From assembly GCA_003599485.1 (NCBI GenBank), contig QZKM01000048.1:10428-74427 (forward strand): 64,000 bases of DNA, read 5' to 3'. Within the stretch, counting starts at the first letter, position 1. Each line of letters starts with the position of its first letter. The position numbers and the translations under genes are program-made. Source of the stretch: Gammaproteobacteria bacterium. GTDB taxonomy: Bacteria; Pseudomonadota; Gammaproteobacteria; SURF-13. Below, piece by piece: positions 60,390 to 64,000 of the stretch. Below the pieces are notes generated by a model. It searched no databases and had not been told where the DNA came from. It saw only the letters and a list, made by a program, of their open reading frames with translations.

Positions 60390-61664
60390 GTGCGTATCCT
60401 CATCGTTGGCGGCGGCGGACGCGAGCACGCCCTGGCGTGGAAGGTGGCGCAGTCGCCCAGGGTCAGCAAGGTATTCGTTGCGCCGGGCAATCCCGGCACG
60501 GCGCGGGAACCGAAAACGGAAAACGTCGCCATCGAGACCACCGGTATCGCCGCGCTGCTGCGCTTTGCGCAAGACAACCGGATAGACCTCACCATCGTCG
60601 GCCCGGAGGCGCCGTTGTCGCTTGGCATCGTGGATCAATTTCAATCGGCCGGCCTGCGCTGCTTCGGGCCAACACAGGCCGCCGCGCAGCTTGAGGCCTC
60701 CAAGTCCTATGCCAAGGACTTCATGGCGCGCCACCGCATCCCCACTGCGGCTTATGCGGTATTCACCGAACTGGATCAGGCTGTCGCCTATATCCACCAG
60801 ACAGGCGCGCCGCTGGTGATCAAGGCCGACGGGCTCGCCGCGGGCAAGGGTGTGGTGATCGCGGAGGACAAGCCCGCGGCGCTCGCCGCAGTCAGCGATA
60901 TGCTGAGCGGCACCCTGCTCGGCGCGGCGGGCAGCCGCGTGGTGATCGAGGAATTCCTGACTGGCGAAGAGGCAAGCTTCATCGTCATGGCCGACGGCGA
61001 GCACGCGCTGGCGCTTGCCAGTTCGCAGGATCACAAGCGCCGCGACGACGGCGACCAGGGGCCGAACACCGGCGGCATGGGCGCGTATTCGCCCGCGCCG
61101 GTGGTGACGCCGGCGGTGCACGCGCGCGTGCTGCGTGAAGTGATCGAGCCCGCCCTGCGCGGCATGGCGGCGGAGGGCAAACCCTACACCGGTTTTCTCT
61201 ACGCCGGGCTGATGATTACGCCGGGCGGCGCGCCCAGGGTGCTGGAGTTCAATTGCCGCCTGGGTGACCCGGAAACGCAACCCATCATGCTGCGCCTCCG
61301 TTCCGATCTGGTGACGCTGATCGAAGCGGCGCTGGATAAAAAGCTCGATCAGGTTCATGCCGAGTGGGATGAACGGGTCGCCTTGGGCGTGGTGCTGGCC
61401 GCGCAGGGCTATCCCGGCGCTTACCGCAAGGGTGACGTGATTCACGGTTTGAGTCAGGCGAGCGGGGGTAAGGTATTTCACGCCGGCACCGCGCAGCAGG
61501 GAAAAGATATTGTGACCGCGGGCGGGCGGGTGCTGTGCGCCTGTGCGTTGGGTGAGAGTTACCGCGCCGCGCAATACCATGCCTATCAATTGGCGCAGTC
61601 CATCCGCTGGGACGGCATGTTTTACCGGCGCGATATCGGTGCGCGCGCCGTGGCGCGGGAATAA
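60390..61664 (+). CDS. purD: phosphoribosylamine--glycine ligase
   Basis: GTG start, MRILIVGGGGREHALAWK..., ATP-grasp. Confidence 0.95.
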   Translation: MRILIVGGGGREHALAWKVAQSPRVSKVFVAPGNPGTAREPKTENVAIETTGIAALLRFAQDNRIDLTIVGPEAPLSLGIVDQFQSAGLRCFGPTQAAAQLEASKSYAKDFMARHRIPTAAYAVFTELDQAVAYIHQTGAPLVIKADGLAAGKGVVIAEDKPAALAAVSDMLSGTLLGAAGSRVVIEEFLTGEEASFIVMADGEHALALASSQDHKRRDDGDQGPNTGGMGAYSPAPVVTPAVHARVLREVIEPALRGMAAEGKPYTGFLYAGLMITPGGAPRVLEFNCRLGDPETQPIMLRLRSDLVTLIEAALDKKLDQVHAEWDERVALGVVLAAQGYPGAYRKGDVIHGLSQASGGKVFHAGTAQQGKDIVTAGGRVLCACALGESYRAAQYHAYQLAQSIRWDGMFYRRDIGARAVARE

Positions 61665-61679
61665 AAACTCTCTGGCCTC

Positions 61680-62138
61680 CTAATGAATCGCCCGCAGCAG
61701 TTCGCTTTCCAGTGCGTCCAGATCGGGGATCGTGGCGGGCTCGCCGTTCACCAGCACCTGGCACAAGGCCAACGGCCTCAGCATGGTTTCATGCTCAATA
61801 GGCTGTAGATTGGCTTCGTCCACCTGCGCCAGCTGGGGGATGCCCTGGGTCATCACGGCGAAGAACGGCAAGGCCGCGTTGCCGTTCAAGGTGTTCAGCA
61901 CGGCCAGGCGCGCATGAGGATTCAGCGCGGGCACGGCCTCGCCGCAAACCGCCTCAAAGGAAATCAGCGGAATCTCCTGCCCGCGCCAGTTCACGCGGCC
62001 CAGCAAAAATGAAGGCGCGCCCTCCAGAGGCTCCGGTTCGATGTAAGGCACGATCTCGGCGATGGCCGTATTAGGCAGGATGAGCCGCCCGCCCTGCAGC
62101 GGGATCAGTTGAGTACGCAGGGCAAGCGCGTTGGCCAT
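61680..62138 (-). CDS. cheW: CheW-like chemotaxis coupling protein
   Basis: 152 aa, CheW-domain pattern (LLGRVNWRGQEIPLISF). Confidence 0.75.
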   Translation of the reverse strand: MANALALRTQLIPLQGGRLILPNTAIAEIVPYIEPEPLEGAPSFLLGRVNWRGQEIPLISFEAVCGEAVPALNPHARLAVLNTLNGNAALPFFAVMTQGIPQLAQVDEANLQPIEHETMLRPLALCQVLVNGEPATIPDLDALESELLRAIH

Positions 62139-63289
62139 CAGCCCAGCGCCTCAAGCGCCTGCGCGCCTGCTCGCGCGTCGCGCACATGCTCCATCAAGCG
62201 CGCCGCAAGCTGTTCCGGCGTACCGCTGTAGCTGACCACGCCCGCCTTGCGCGCCTGATCCGGCATGCCGGAGATGAGGCAACTGCCAGCGTCTTGCGCC
62301 CACACCTCTCCGCCCTGAGCGTGCAGCGTGCGTGCGCCCTTCACGCCGTCGTCACCCATGCCGCTGAACAGGATCATACCGCAGCGCCCGCCATAGCGAG
62401 CCGCCACTTCAGTGATGGCCGCATCAATGGAGGGTTTATAAAAAATGCCGCCGTCGCTGAGTTGCGTGAACCGCACCAGCCCGCCCGCGCCTATCAGCAG
62501 CCGGCTCTCCACCGGCGCGAGCACCACTTCGCCGTGCGTCAGGACGTGCCCCGGTTGCGCAGACAGCACGCGCAACCCGGTCACCGCGCCGAGCTGCTGC
62601 GCCAGCAGACCGATGAAGTCCGCGCCGATATGCTGCGCCAGCACCAGGCACGCCGGCAGATCGCGGGGCAACGCCGCCAGGAAACGTTTCAGCGCCTGCG
62701 GCCCGCCGATTGAAGCGCCCAGCACCCATACCCGGGCGGCAGGCTGAACCTGGCCGCGCTGGGGAGCCGGGCTTAGCCGCTCCCGGCGTCCTGCCTCAGT
62801 CGCTCCCGGGATCCTGCCTCCCGCGACATTATTAGTACCTCCCTGTACGTCACGCGACACTGGCAGAACCCCCCGCTGTCGCTTTTCCCCGTACGGCGCC
62901 GGTGTGGCGGCCGGCGCGGAGGCAGTCTTGCCGTCTGCGCGACCGCTGTGCGCCAAGGTAGTCAGCTTGCGCGCCAGGGCCTTGCCCCACTCGCCGTTCA
63001 ATAACGCCGCGCTGAGCCGCGTGGCGGGGCTGTCATTGAACACGATCGGGACGGCCTGTTGCGCGAGCAAGACGTCGAGCAACTCCTGTTCCGCGTTATC
63101 TTCGCCCGCAAGATCGAGCAGCAGCACGTCCACCTCGTCCGGACGGAGCATGCACGGAAATTCCCCGCATGACTTGGCGAACACCACGCACAGCGCGTTC
63201 CGCTCCAGCAGCGCCTTGAGCAGGGCGCGCTGATTCTCCGAACTGGAGACGATGCCGACGCGCGGGCTTTGCGCAGGGCCGTCCATCAA
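62138..63289 (-). CDS. cheB: CheB-like protein-glutamate methylesterase with atypical N-terminal domain
   Basis: C-terminal CheB_methylest domain (VWVLGASIGGPQAL..., GMGDDG). The linker carries the in-frame mini-repeat. Confidence 0.8.
   Translation of the reverse strand: MMDGPAQSPRVGIVSSSENQRALLKALLERNALCVVFAKSCGEFPCMLRPDEVDVLLLDLAGEDNAEQELLDVLLAQQAVPIVFNDSPATRLSAALLNGEWGKALARKLTTLAHSGRADGKTASAPAATPAPYGEKRQRGVLPVSRDVQGGTNNVAGGRIPGATEAGRRERLSPAPQRGQVQPAARVWVLGASIGGPQALKRFLAALPRDLPACLVLAQHIGADFIGLLAQQLGAVTGLRVLSAQPGHVLTHGEVVLAPVESRLLIGAGGLVRFTQLSDGGIFYKPSIDAAITEVAARYGGRCGMILFSGMGDDGVKGARTLHAQGGEVWAQDAGSCLISGMPDQARKAGVVSYSGTPEQLAARLMEHVRDARAGAQALEALG
62776..62843 (-). repeat. in-frame palindromic mini-insert, copy 3 with partial tandem duplication (cheB-like linker)
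   Basis: Reverse complement reads ggtactaataatGTCGCgggaggcaggatcccgggagCGACtgaggcaggacgccgggagcggc; encodes NNVAGGRIPGATEAGRRER. Confidence 0.75.
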
Positions 63290-64000
63290 TGCAAAGTCCT
63301 GTTCTGCGGCAGCAAGGACTTGATGTTGTCCACCAGGTCGGTCTCCTTATAAGGCTTGCCGAGATAACGGTTCACGCCGATCTGCATCGCGCGTTCGCGG
63401 TGTTTTTCACCGCTGCGCGAGGTAATCATGATTATCGGGATATGGCGCAGGCGCGCGTCGTTACGCACCTGTGCGGCAAGCTCGTAACCATCCATGCGCG
63501 GCATTTCGATATCGAGCAGCATGACGTCGGGAATCTGCTGTTGCAGCACGGCGAGCGCATCCACGCCGTCCTTCGCGGTCAGCACCTGCATCTCATGCCG
63601 CTCCAGCAGGCGCGTAGTGACCTTGCGCACGGTGATCGAGTCATCCACCACCAGCACCAGGGGCAGGCTGCTCACCGGCGCCTCAAGCCTGGCTTCGGCC
63701 TGCCCTGCCTCCAACGCAGGCGCGGCGAGTCCGGCGCGCAAGCGTATCAAGCCGGGCACGTCCAGAATCAGCACCACGCGGCCGTCGCCCATGATGGTGG
63801 CGCCCGCCACGTCTTTTACGCTGCCGATCTGCGGGCCCAGCGATTTGACCACGATTTCGCGGCTGCCCAGCAGACTGTCCACCTGTATCGCCACGCCATA
63901 ATCCCCGGAGCGCGCAAGCAGCACCGGCGCGCGCTTGCCCTTGCCCGGCAGCGGCGGCGCCGCGTTGCCGTGCGTGGCGCCGAGGTAGATCAACTGATAA
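63286..64000 (-). CDS. CheA/ChpA-like hybrid histidine kinase, C-terminal part (CheW-like + REC); continues beyond window
   Basis: CheW-like segment GDGRVVLILDV, then REC (VLVVDDS...DIEMP...K). The ORF runs off the window edge. Confidence 0.7.
   Translation of the reverse strand, partial: YQLIYLGATHGNAAPPLPGKGKRAPVLLARSGDYGVAIQVDSLLGSREIVVKSLGPQIGSVKDVAGATIMGDGRVVLILDVPGLIRLRAGLAAPALEAGQAEARLEAPVSSLPLVLVVDDSITVRKVTTRLLERHEMQVLTAKDGVDALAVLQQQIPDVMLLDIEMPRMDGYELAAQVRNDARLRHIPIIMITSRSGEKHRERAMQIGVNRYLGKPYKETDLVDNIKSLLPQNRTLH

Overview
High-GC (about 65%) proteobacterial chromosomal segment. Gene order (nadE–glnB, PP0621–pilS–pilR, soxYZ) suggests a betaproteobacterial sulfur-oxidiser type background. 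Most of the window is densely packed core housekeeping: tesA–ybbA–ybbP, rluD/pgeF/bamD, sucCD, gatCAB, the mreBCD–mrdA–rodA–mltB–rlpA–dacA–lipBA cell-wall block, slt, cca, folKB, plsY, dusB–fis, purHD, and the start of a chemosensory cheW/cheB/cheA-like operon. Superimposed on this are accessory or unusual features. (1) A complete four-gene type I Wadjet (jetABCD) anti-plasmid operon sits in a lower-GC island between bamD and glnB. (2) A low-GC N6-adenine methyltransferase plus putative restriction endonuclease pair is inserted, translationally coupled, inside the sucC–sucD operon. (3) A REP/RAYT locus holds a twice-frameshifted tnpA_REP pseudogene, inverted REP copies, a 68-bp direct duplication and a low-GC orphan secreted protein. 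(4) A roughly 40-bp palindromic mini-element occurs three times, always in frame and in sense orientation inside coding regions (tesA, dusB, cheB-like). (5) A roughly 145-nt conserved leader element with compensatory base changes in a hairpin occurs twice, upstream of bepA-like and soxYZ. (6) An 85-bp hairpin built from tandem heptads (GGGGAAA / CCTTTTC), with G-quadruplex potential, lies between gatC and gatA. No CRISPR array, rRNA or tRNA was recognised. Many long ORFs in the six-frame track are antisense artefacts of the high GC content and were rejected.
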